Assembly: GCA_012295275.1 (NCBI GenBank)
Contig: CM022677.1
Span: 2,232,001-2,296,000 of the forward strand
From: Chrysomallon squamiferum
Taxonomy: Eukaryota > Animalia > Mollusca
DNA length: 64,000 bases
Direction of reading: 5' to 3'
Shown: positions 1-11,327 of the stretch, piece by piece
Layout: each line of letters begins with the position of its first letter
Numbering within the stretch: position 1 is the stretch's first letter
Program-made: the position numbers and the translations under genes
Notes under the pieces: model-generated
The model's database searches: none
Told to the model about the DNA's origin: nothing
The model's input: only the letters and a program-made list of their open reading frames with translations

Positions 1-17
1 CTTTTAGTCACGTAAGC

Positions 18-18
<1 letters not shown>

Positions 19-111
<93 letters not shown>

Positions 112-115
112 GTAA
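19..115. repeat. (AAT)n microsatellite
   Basis: Direct reading of the AAT run. Similar AAT/ATT runs lie at ~9124-9165, 33970-34040, 46240-46280, 47440-47520 and 51122-51170. Confidence 0.98.
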
Positions 116-352
116 TATTGTTTTTAAACTAAGTAATTCATTATACTATAGGATATATTTCATTAGTTGAATAATCTAAATACATACAGTTTGTTTCTAT
201 GCGTGAATGAGAGACTGGACACAAGACAGGTATGATGCAAACGTTTTAACTGTCACGTTTATTAAAAGTAATACAATATCTCAAATACACGCAAACTAGA
301 AGTATAATTGTAAATTTAGTACATTTGATTATTTTAATAACTGTGATTAATC

Positions 353-355
<3 letters not shown>

Positions 356-416
<61 letters not shown>
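356..416. repeat. (CT)n microsatellite
   Basis: Pure CT run; it explains the RERERE ORF at 246-497. Other CT/CA/GT runs lie at ~7081-7146, 8147-8210, 9955-10000, 22097-22140, 40985-41048, 48145-48187, 62683-62727 and 63537-63580. Confidence 0.98.
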
Positions 417-419
<3 letters not shown>

Positions 420-3400
420 ATACACCTGCATATACATGCGCATACGTGTGTCTGTGTGAAACAAGTCTGATTGAGTAAAATTATTATCTTCTGTCAATAT
501 AACTAAATTGATATTAATTATTATATGAAATGTGTTGATAATGTGCAGCTGATTCGCCCTCTGTTTATCTACAGCTTTGTCAGTAAATTTACAGAGAAGT
601 GGACTGAATTTTATGTTAGCTTATTTAATAGCTTACAAAAATAAACTTAACTTATTTTAACAGATGTTGCCGCTACTTTCATAGCTATATATATATGTGT
701 GTGTTTTCTATTCTATATATATATATGTATTTGTCATTTCGAAGTTTAGTTTCCTGGGGAAGATACATACACACATATGTTTTTCCACGAAGGAAAAGGT
801 TGAAGAGACAAAGTGAAATCTGCCACGCTTGTTCAGTTAACCTCTAAACAAAAGAAAAAAGTCTTCAATATGGCGACTGTGAGGAGATAGAGATAAAACT
901 TCACTGACGAACAAAGGAATGCTTTCTTTCTTCTTCATTTACCACGTCACCGCATCAACGAATTGGAACTGTTTTCAAATAATATTTTGTTTGTTTACTG
1001 AAGCGAAACTGACTATGTTGTTTGTTTGCACGTGTCAATAATAAAAACGTTACAAGTGTTTTATAATGACAGATTTATTTAGGAGTACTATAAAGAATAC
1101 ACTCCACACCCAAAGATGATGAAAATCTGATCGTCTTGTTAAATAAAGAAAGTACATTACAGTTAAACAAATACAGCCACACGTACACTTAAACTGTCAC
1201 CTTTCTTCAAACTTTATGTCAGTATTAAACTAATTTCCCCATCTAACATATTATGATATGAATTTAATCTTCTTTTTTTAAATCTAGTAGTCGACAGTAA
1301 GTACAAATATTAAAATTAGTGAATGTAATTTATGAAATATTTAGTTATCGCTCAGTCCATGTAAAGACTAACACAGAAATAATAAAATATACAGAGACCC
1401 TTTTCATCTAAGAAAAGAAACAGAAAAACATTTTTTGTTTATGTGTGTGTGACAAATCTCAGTGAATAAAAGATATTATTTTCTGTGAATTACACTCTTA
1501 ATATTATTAATTAATTAATTATTATTATTATTGTTGTTGTTGTTGTTGTTGTTGTTATTATTATTATTATTGTTATTATTATTATTATTGTTATTGTTGG
1601 TGTTGCTGTTAGTAGTACTAGTTGTAGTAATAGTAGTAGTAGTATTATCATCATTAATTAATTAATTAATATATTTTTAAATCTGAAAAATAATCTTGCT
1701 GGAATTAGGTCTTTCTTGGTTATCATTCACCACCACGAATAACGTACATGTTGTACTCGAGAGAAAATGCGCACACCCACCCATACACAGACACAGACAC
1801 AGACACAGACACACACACACCCACACCCACACACAGACACACCCCCACACTGGAAACAATAAATCCTGTCTGAAATTGAACGACTAACTGGATGATATTG
1901 GTAATATAGCTGTAATCATTACATTGTAATATATATGTAACTAGTCATAAAACACGTGTACTACTATTGCTATGAAAACGGAATATATTCATAATATTAA
2001 AACATATTTATATCTATCTATCGGTGTAACTGTTATTTGTATCACTATCTCCACAATTACATCTATTACTTCTACAATTATTTCAAAACTATGTAAATAA
2101 AAAAGTTCTCCACTCTTATGAAATTGTTTCCCAAGCTGATGAAAATGCTAGCTAAAAATATGTAATAAACAACAGAAAACACAATAAAATTTGGAAAAAA
2201 AAACCAAACATGGTATAAAATGTTTCATAAGCCTTTGAAGAGCTGAGTGCTATAAAACACAAAAATACCAAGATTTCTGTTTAGTTAATAAAAATATATT
2301 AACAAAATAAAATAACAATATCAAGACATTTGGTTAGAAAAAAAAATAAAAAAATTAAGAAACAACTATAATGTGGTAATGTGATGTGCAAATTATTCAT
2401 TAAGAAAATTTCTTTATAATATAGCTTACAAACAACGTATCATCTTCCAATTTATGTTTTATTAACATACTTTGTTTTTTTTCTTTTTAATCTTTAACAG
2501 AAATCTTTATATTCTTTGTTATTTTATATTTGGATTACGTGATTAAGTTGATTATTCTTTAAAATAAAAATAAATCAATAAATAAATATATAAATAAAAT
2601 TATCTCCCTTGAGCCATAAGATTTGCAGCAGTTAAAGATTTCTAGATTTAGCCCTTTTTTTTTTAATATTTTTTTTTTCACAGACTTGACTGTACTTGGT
2701 GCTGTGTCTGGTACAAACATTCTGTGTACATCTGATTTCATCAACAACACTGTGACTGAGTCTAAAACCATGTCACATTACACATTCTTCAGTAAGAACA
2801 GTCCATGATTCACACTAGTAATGTTTTTAAAATGTTATTTTGGTGTGAAACTTTCTAAAAGCTTTCAACTTTATCCAAGAATTCAGTTCTTCATATTTGT
2901 TGTTGAGATGTTTCATTTTCTTAGTTCAGGGTGATCAGAAAACTTGAAGAACTTGGAGGGGAAATTGAGAAGTGATTTTAGAATCAGAGGACATCACTTC
3001 TCACGTGTTTTCTTTCATTCTCAAACCAAGCTCATCATAAAAGAACCGGCAGAAAATTTAAGAAATGTAAAAGTTTTAATTAAAATAAAATAATATTCTG
3101 AGTTGTACCAACAATATTAATGTGGATTATACAATTTTACAGTAAAATAAAGATTAGATATGATTCAAATGGGTTGTGACTTAATTATTTGACATTTTTC
3201 TGGTCAGCATGTCTAGTTTATCCAGTAAAGTAATAAAAAAAATAAAAAAATGTATCATTAATAATCCTTTCATTTGCTGGAAACAAAAGCAAATCATTAT
3301 TTAAATGTTAGCTAAAGTATTGACAGGGGACATCTGACTTTAACACACAAGTTTGAATAAATCAAGTTTAAAGTATAGATGAAATAATTCTACAAAGTAT

Positions 3401-3440
3401 CATTCACTTTCTTGATATTAATGTACTAAGTTAACATTTA

Positions 3441-4015
3441 AAATGTTAACATGACTGTATGTGTGTATTTCAGTTTCTAAATCTAAATGTTAACATGACT
3501 GTATGTGTGTATTTCAGTTTCTAAATCTAAATGTTAATATGACTGTATGTGTGTATTTCAGTTTCTAAATCTAAATGTTAACATGACTGTATGTGTGTAT
3601 TTCAGTTACTAAATCTAAATGTTAACATGACTGTATGTGTGTATTTCAGTTACTAAATCTAAATGTTAACATGACTGTATGTGTGTATTTCAGTTACTAA
3701 ATCTAAATTTTAACATGACTGTATGTGTGTATTTCAGTTTCTAAATCTAAATGTTAACATGACTGTGTGTGTATTTCAGTTACTAAATCTAAATGTTAAC
3801 ATGACTGTATGTGTGTATTTCAGTTACTAAATGTAAATGTTAACATGACTGTATGTGTGTATTTCAGTTACTAAATGTAAATGTTAACATGACTGTATGT
3901 GTGTATTTCAGTTTCTAAATGTAAATGTTAACATGACTGTATGTGTGTATTTCAGTTACTAAATGTAAATGTTAACATGACTGCATGTGTGTATTTCAGT
4001 TACTAAATCTAAATG
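3441..4015. repeat. 44-bp minisatellite, ~13 copies
   Basis: Unit aaatgttaacatgactgtatgtgtgtatttcagtt(t/a)ctaaat(c/g)t, with starts at 3441, 3485 and onward. Copies are nearly identical and have no spacers. Confidence 0.97.
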
Positions 4016-4804
4016 CAAGCTCTGTGTAACAAATTCACTCACTTTCTAATCAATGGCTGACTTCTCACATCTGACTGAATGTTTCAGAGAAAATTCTTCC
4101 TCTGTTTTTGTTGTCAGCTCAGAGTGGTAGTCTGTCTCCTGGGCTGATCTGACACTGGATTCTGAAAAACACAAATTATTTATATTAATGATCCTGAAGG
4201 AATTTATAAAAATAAAATAAGACAAAACACATTTTTATTTAAAAAAAAATAATAAAAAATAATACGAATATAAATATAAAAATTAATTATGAAGAAACAG
4301 CAAACAAATCATATCTGAAAACAATAATTAAAAAATCACTATTTGCATATTTATTTATTTATATATCTATAGTTAAAGCAAAAACAATATATAAAATAAA
4401 TAATTTAAAAAAAGTGAATACAACTCTCTTATAATCTGAATTTATGTTCATATCATGTTCATCTTTTCACACTCAGTGCTTGAAAAACCCACATGTAATG
4501 AATGGTCAATTAATTCTGTTGTATTAATGAAAACAGCTGAGAAAGTAAACCTGTTTTCATGTGATCAGAGAAAACATGAACTTTTTTCTCCAGCACCGCT
4601 TCAGTACAGTCAGTCTTCAGTAATAACACTGAAAATAAAACTAACATTTTAAATATTTATTTGAAATAAATTCCATTTAATTTAAACAAATGTTAATAAA
4701 TAACAACAACAACAAAAATAATAAATAATAAAAAATATATATCAAATAAAATAAATAAAAATAATTTTAAAAACCAAAAGCCAACAAAATATATAAATAA
4801 ATAA

Positions 4805-5018
4805 GTTGTGTTGTGTATCATTAGCATATTAAAACTGTGAGTAAAAATATTACCACTGACAACTGAGTAGCTTACCTCTCAGTTGTGTTGTATATCATTA
4901 ACACATTAAAACTATGAGTAAAAATATTACCACTGACAACTGAGCAGCTTACCTCTCAGTTGTGTTGTGTATCATTAACATATTAAAACTGTGAGTAAAA
5001 ATATTACCACTGACAACT
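4805..5018. repeat. 77-bp tandem repeat (~2.8 copies) covering the end and splice donor of a VPS13D pseudo-exon
   Basis: Unit gttgtgttgtgtatcatta(a/g)catattaaaactgtgagtaaaaatattaccactgacaactgag(t/c)agcttacctctca. The minus-strand donor (cttac on +) appears at both 4874 and 4951. Confidence 0.9.
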
Positions 5019-5689
5019 GCAGCTGCTGAACTCTGTTTGTGGACTTGAATGTGCTGGAAGCAACCCAGCAGAACACAGCAACATCTCTGGGGATGGATTC
5101 AAGCTGGGTTCTGTCTGTGATTGGAATTCAGAGCAGACGTCAAATCAAACATTCCTGAAACAGACTTGAACAGAGTTTCAATAACTCCATTATCCACCAG
5201 GACCTTTCAAGAATCCCTGTAATAAATACAAATATTTTTGATTAAATGCCATTATTAATTGTTATGAACTCTACAACCAAAACTAAAAAAGGATGTTTAA
5301 TAAATTAAAAGATAATTAAAAATATAAAATAAAATAATACAAATATATTAAACATTAATAAACAGTATTTTCACCCATATGACTATAGTTTTCCTGCACT
5401 GTGAATTAATTAATACTACATTAGTTTATTTTAATATAAAATCTAAATCCTCAAAACAAAAAAATTAAATAAATATAAAACAAATAAAAAAGTAAATTAA
5501 AAAAAAAATAAATTAATTATATACTATAATATAGTTTGATATTAGGTGTAAAATAACTGAAGGCATTAAACATTTTATAGAATATATATTAATGAAAACA
5601 AAGTTCAAGAGTAATCTGTCAGTATATTAGTACACATTTTCTTTTACCTAATCATGAAGAACTTTAACTAGGTGCTTCTAAATCTTACA

Positions 5690-5985
5690 CTACTGTTACC
5701 AGAATCTTCTTTGTATGACCAATATGCTGAATCTTCCTTCACAGAGCTTGTGCACTGCTGAAAAAACATCTCCTTGAACTCTTTCACTGCTGCACTGGAG
5801 ACATCTTTCTCAAAGTCGGTCTAGATAATCTGTGGCTTCAAATTGAAGTTTTTTTCTGCTTCAATCTTCAAGAGTTGAAAAACTGAGACATATGTAGCTT
5901 GAGTCTTGTTTGGAAGGAACATGCAAACAAGAGGGTATGTGATGTCCTGGAATTCTGCGTGAAGAGTGTAAAACCAGTGTTTCAT
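5690..5985 (-). mobile_element. Degraded MULE/Mutator-family transposase fragment
   Basis: Translation FYTLHAEFQDITYPLVCMFLPNKTQATYVSVFQLLK..NLKPQII*TDFEK..AVKEF..AQAL*RKIQHIG. This fits the MULE core pattern (LYTIH..PLVY.LLPNK...Y...F..L; I.TDFE; W.KIQ). No TIRs seen. Confidence 0.88.
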
Positions 5986-7039
5986 ATCACAGACTCTTAA
6001 CACCTGCTGCAATGTGACCTGATGAATTACCTCCCTTTTTCTTAGTTCACCAGTCTGAGTGTACTGGTCTCCATGGAGATTGTACCTGTCAAATACAGAA
6101 CTGCTACCTGTACAAGATGTTCATAATCTTGAAATAATTTACAATTTATTAATTTCATCAAACAAACAAAAAATATACATAAATAAATAAATAAAGAAAG
6201 AAATAAAGAAATATATTATTATTTCGTTAATTTTGTTTCTAGTAAGAAATAGTGCATCCATTACCATTACAAGTTAATAAAATACTTAAATAAATGTGTG
6301 GATTTTTTTTTGTTGTTTAAGAATATAAAACAGTTCATTCACAGAAGTAAAGTTTGCATTTGTATGGTTATCAAAACAACATAATGAAAGCATTCAGTAA
6401 GGTTGCAATGTAATTTTCTAGTCATGATTTTAAGTCACAACCTTTTATATCATTTTATTTACATTGTTTCAAAATGACAGAAAGAATTAAAAAAATATTT
6501 TTTTAATTAAAACATTAAACCTTTTATTTCTTATTAAATGAAATATCATTCCCTGAAAGAGATGTAATACAGGGAACTATCACAACTAAATTTGCTGCAG
6601 AATTAGAACCAAATGACAACATTTTTAGGAAATCCACTCACATTTCCATTAACAAGGCCAGAGATCTTTCTGTGACATCTTTGAAAAGACCAAGAGGGTT
6701 TCCAGGTATGTCCATATAAGCAAGAATTATCACTGAACATTAAATAAAGAAAATACAAAAATAATGTAGCTTTAATTACAAAACAAGAGCACACACACAT
6801 ACAAGTTAACTATTTAACTTTCACTTTTCTTATAAATGTAATAAAAAGTAAGTGTAAATTAAAATATTCAAAATAATAAATAAATAAATAAATAAATAAA
6901 TAAATGAAAGAAATTAAAATATTTTAATAAACAGCAAACATAATTTAATAATTTTTTAAAATGAGGGTTGTAGACAGGGTAGAGAAGGGTAAGGAATAAA
7001 ATAATAATCACGAAAGAAGAAGGAAACAAGATCCTGCTT

Positions 7040-7097
7040 CAAGAAAGTTGTTTTCTAAGTCAGCGATGAAATACAAATAAATATATATAGGATGAGT

Positions 7098-7149
<52 letters not shown>

Positions 7150-8144
7150 ATACTGGTCTCATACAAATGGATAAGAACAGTTATCATTAAGCTGAATATT
7201 TGGTAAAACCCCTAAAATTATTTACTTATTAAAATATTCTAATCATTTAGCATTTTCTTATATAATGACAACCATAAATAAATGTTAGCTATTAAATTCA
7301 TACCCCACCAAACAAATGTTGAAGTCTTTAGAATTGACATACTTAACTGAAAAAAAAAGTTCAGAAGGATTTGAAACTTTATCAGCAAATGAATCAAAAA
7401 AAAACAAATCAGGTTTAACTTTGGTGAATCTAAAAATAGTTGATGTGATGTTTTAATGACTGGTAATGACTTACAAGATTTATATTTTGTGTTTTTCATT
7501 TCTACAGCATTGATGAGTCACATACATCACACCGGTGACCTCTCATATTGTGCTAGCCACTCTTTGAACATTCTGAAATAACCACACTAAAACAAGTAAT
7601 AATAAAATTAACTGTAATAACATATATAATAAGTAATAATAAAATTAACTGTAATAATAATAACATATATAATAAGTAATAATAAAATTAATTGTAATAA
7701 GAATAACATACATATTAAATAATAATAAAATTAACTGAAATAACAATAACATATATAACTAATTGTTGTAAAGACCTTAATACTACTTACTAATCAAATA
7801 ATGAAATCATAATATGTTATTTAAAATAAAACAAACAAAAATAACAATACAAATAGAACAGTTCAAAAAGCTAAAATAATAAAACAGAAATTTGCAAAGG
7901 CAGATAACTCTAACACATAAAATAAAATGTGTTACCTGGAGGAAACATAAGAACTGACTACACAACCAGTGATGTTGCCATGGTGAGGAACACTGCTGAT
8001 ATATGGAAGAGCACTGGTGACTAATATATTCCTTTTGCCATGCTGTGGATAAACTAAAATAAATAAATAAATAAATAAATAAGGAAACAGGTAAGTATGG
8101 CACTACAGAAAATAAATAAATAAATAAAAGATAGTGCTCTCTCA

Positions 8145-8213
<69 letters not shown>

Positions 8214-9123
8214 ACTAAAGCTACTGCAACATATTTAATAAATATTGAATTTGATTTTGTAAAGTTAATTTATTATATATTTATCAGTATTATTATAGTA
8301 AGGTGATAGGATTTGTTTAGTAACATTATGTGACAACTGCTTACATTTTAAAATAATTTATTATATATTTATCAGTATTATTATAGTAAGGTGATAGGAT
8401 TTGTTTAGTAACATTATGTGACAACTGCTTACATTTTAAAATATTTAATTCTGTCACTTGTACAGGGTAATAATGTTCTGAAATCATAAAGGTTAATTAT
8501 AATTATAATTTTACCTGAGTTGATCCAACATTTTCCATGTCTTTTATCTCGCATACCAACATTCTTAAACAATCCTCCCCACACACACACACACACACAC
8601 ACAATAAGAATAATATTAATCTAATAAACATAATAATAAAGACAAACTTACAATAGTTTGTGCAGGTTTTACTTTCCATGATGTTTTGGTACAGAACTTT
8701 GTCCAGTCTGAGTTCATTTCAGTTTCCTGATTTCAGAACTTACAGATGTTAAACCAGGATGAAATAGCAAAGAGTTCTGCTATAAAGGCTGTAAATAAAT
8801 AAGAATAAAAATGAATATTTAATAATATCTCTGTACTTTTTTAATATTACTGGTTATCATGATTCATATATGTAGAATGATTACATTTACAGTGAATCAT
8901 TAATGTCATGTTAAAAGTTTTTAAATATTAATATTTCTTAAGTATAAAACTAAATTTATGAATAGAAATTGTACAAAGAGAAATTCCTCTATGAAAGTTC
9001 TTCACTGGCAATTAAAGGATGTTTTATATGCAACATGAGAAATCATGAATGAACATAGCATATAATAATAATTATTCAAATAATATATATATATATATAT
9101 ATATATGATGATGATGATGAAAA

Positions 9124-9169
<46 letters not shown>

Positions 9170-9963
9170 GAACAAGAAGATGAAAGAAAACAACATTAAT
9201 AATAAGCTGAATAAAAAATGTTTTGTCTTTTTTCTCCATTAAGTTCATAACACTGACCTGAATCCTACAACAATTTAGTCTATAATAATAAATACTGTGA
9301 AAATAACAACAACAACAGTAAACTGAATGAAAATTCCTCATTCTTTGACTTTAACACTCATACAAGAATATTATTGGTTCTTCACAAATTTTTAAACACT
9401 TACCTTTAACAAGTTACGTTCTTGATTAACAGTGACAAATTTAACTGCTTTGGCTACAGGTGTTTGTGTAAGAACAGAACATCCCCAAGTCATCACTGCA
9501 GGAAACAGTTTCATATCCTCTGTAAAGGAAAATAAATTTAAAATTAATTAAATATTTAAATACATAGTGTGTCATAACATATTTTAATCATTATACAAAC
9601 ATAATGGGACAAACAAATCAAAATAAAACAATTCAGATGATATCTGTAACATAATAAGAGAAAATATTAATATATACTTAAAAAGAATAATAAAAAAAAT
9701 AAAAACAAAAGAACTGTAGATGATATCTGTAACATAATAAGAGAAAATATTAATATATACTTAAAAAGAATAATAAAAAAATAAAAACAAAAGAACTGTA
9801 ACTGAATAAGAGTAAAACTACAAATGTTAATGGTAAGCAAAAAAATAAAAAGATAAATAAATAAATTTATAAATAAATACATAAGATTAAAGCAGATCCA
9901 TTAACATGGTATCAGTCTGTTAATTAACATTCAATTAATTATTTTCATTTTCTTTGTGTGTGT

Positions 9964-10006
<43 letters not shown>

Positions 10007-10120
10007 CAAATGTGGAAGAACTGATTTCAGTTCAGACAGTGATATAAAACATCATTATGTTTGCATGTTATCTCATAATAATACCACAAATAGGATTGTT
10101 TTTTAAAAATAACATTCAAT
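7040..10120 (+). repeat. Older dispersed duplication of ~39740-42980 (MARS1 block)
   Basis: Exons and introns align colinearly with 39740-42980 with many substitutions and indels. The copies are visibly more diverged than the 8.8 kb / 16.6 kb pair. Confidence 0.93.
7419..9519 (-). pseudogene. MARS1: Methionyl-tRNA synthetase pseudogene fragment, copy B
   Basis: Exons at 9404-9519 (DMKLFPAVMTW..), 8652-8788, ~8515-8575, 7936-~8043 ([32 protein letters not shown], the HIGH-motif region) and ~7419-7572 (knuckle region, LINAVEMK..CKSLPVIKTSHQLFLDSPK). Contains stops, a mutated donor and missing exons. Confidence 0.93.
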
Positions 10121-10220
10121 AGTATACATGCAGGTACATATATTAGTGTGTATGTTATGCATATGATATATAGTTATATTTACATAATTCTGTGTATGTG
10201 AGTTAACTAACCCTGCAGGT

Positions 10221-10488
10221 TTAAAGTGATGATCACTGGAATGCCGAAAGAAATATAAATCAGATTAAATAAACACTTAAATAAACAGAGACATTTTTTA
10301 AATACATGTGTTTATACACACAAGTAATGGCTGCGTATACTGACATACATTATCACTGAAGTCTGCTGTATTTGTCACAGTAGTATGAAGCAGGGTGTAT
10401 ACGGTTGTAATGACCTCAGCTGACATTATAACTCCGCCCCCAAAAGGGATGTAACTCTATCACTGCTCGGTTACACAAGCTTAAAACA
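10221..10488 (+). promoter_or_regulatory. CpG-retaining promoter-like segment / possible DNA-transposon end upstream of the SWIM exon (copy at ~18043-18310)
   Basis: GC-box ctccgcccc at ~10432, a YY1-like aaaacaATGGCG overlapping the start codon, and local CpG retention. The segment begins TTAA|AGTGATGATCAC, which resembles Kolobok-type (TTAA target site, RR) termini. Confidence 0.4.
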
Positions 10489-10755
10489 ATGGCGGACGAA
10501 TCGCTTACACAATCTGCCGGTGAATTTCTCTCTGGATTATTTAAGAGATACCACTATATCTTTGAAAAGCTGTCAGTAAGGATTCAGGTAGTTTAGTGAA
10601 GATTACATTGTTAACATGCTTTTGAATGATGACGGCACCAGTTTTACGTCAGTTAAATCGGACCGGTCGTTGAAGAAAAGCGAAAAACCTCATGAGATCC
10701 ACGTGGATAAGAGCCCGACGGTGATATCTTGTGTTCATTGTTTTTGTCTGGCAGG
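10489..10755 (+). pseudogene. Decayed first exon of a SWIM zinc-finger protein of the type usually linked to a YqaJ-like nuclease in DNA transposons
   Basis: ATG at 10489: MADESLTQSAGEFLSGLFKRY..., then after stop/frameshift ..DRSLKKSEKPHEIHVDKSPTVISCVHCFCLAG, ending at donor GG|GTAAGT. It resembles the RS.RK.EKPH...AHCSCxAG motif. No downstream exons of this gene were found. Confidence 0.6.
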
Positions 10756-11327
10756 GTAAGTAAGAACATAATTAATGATTTTATTTACATTTGGGAGTTT
10801 TCAAAAGTGGATGCAGACATTTCAAAGTAAGTAGCTGGCAAGCCTTTACAACCAAAATGTTTAAGTTTCATGATATACGGACTGTTAGTCAACTATTCCA
10901 TAAACTTGATAAAGGATTATAAAACTTCAAGTCTGAATTATTCATTGATTACGTCTGGAATAATTAAAAAAAAATAATAATAATAAATGCCAGCAAGGTA
11001 GAAATGGTTTACTGTATTACTTGTAAATATTTAATTGTTTAAATCAGGTAATAAATTATATTATAAGATACTTAGATAGTGATTTAAATTTCTTCTCAGT
11101 TTCCCTTCCTTTTTTCATTTACTAATTGTCATATTTCATTTATTTATTTACATTTTTTCTTTGTTTTATTTTGCTTCTTCTTATTACTACTGCAACTTTT
11201 TATTATTAATTTGTTAATTTATTATTATTATTATTATTATTATTATCATTGTTTTAATCTTTATGATTATTTTTCATATTCTTCTTCAAATCATTACTCA
11301 TGTTTATTTATTTTTCACGTTGTTCAT

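Larger units (their letters stand above)
4043..6732 (-). pseudogene. VPS13D: Unprocessed pseudogene fragment of VPS13D (C-terminal exons)
   Basis: Five minus-strand exons, most with AG/GT sites. (1) ~6560-6732 ILAYMDIPGNPLGLFKDVTE/ISGLVNGNVSGFPKNV../SNSAA, cf. ILGSVDFLGNPMGLLNDVSEGVTGLIKYGNVGGLIRNVTHGVSNSAAK. (2) ~5985-6100 NSSGHIAAGVKSL, cf. TSGEHLVAGIHGL. (3) 4953-5216 GFLKG..GVIETLFKSVSGMFDL..PQRCC..GLLPAHS, cf. KPVAGALDF..PRCC..GLLPRYS. (4) ~4470-4628 LIT*KQVYFLS, cf. LISSKAVYFLK. (5) 4043-4161. All carry stops or frameshifts. Confidence 0.85.
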
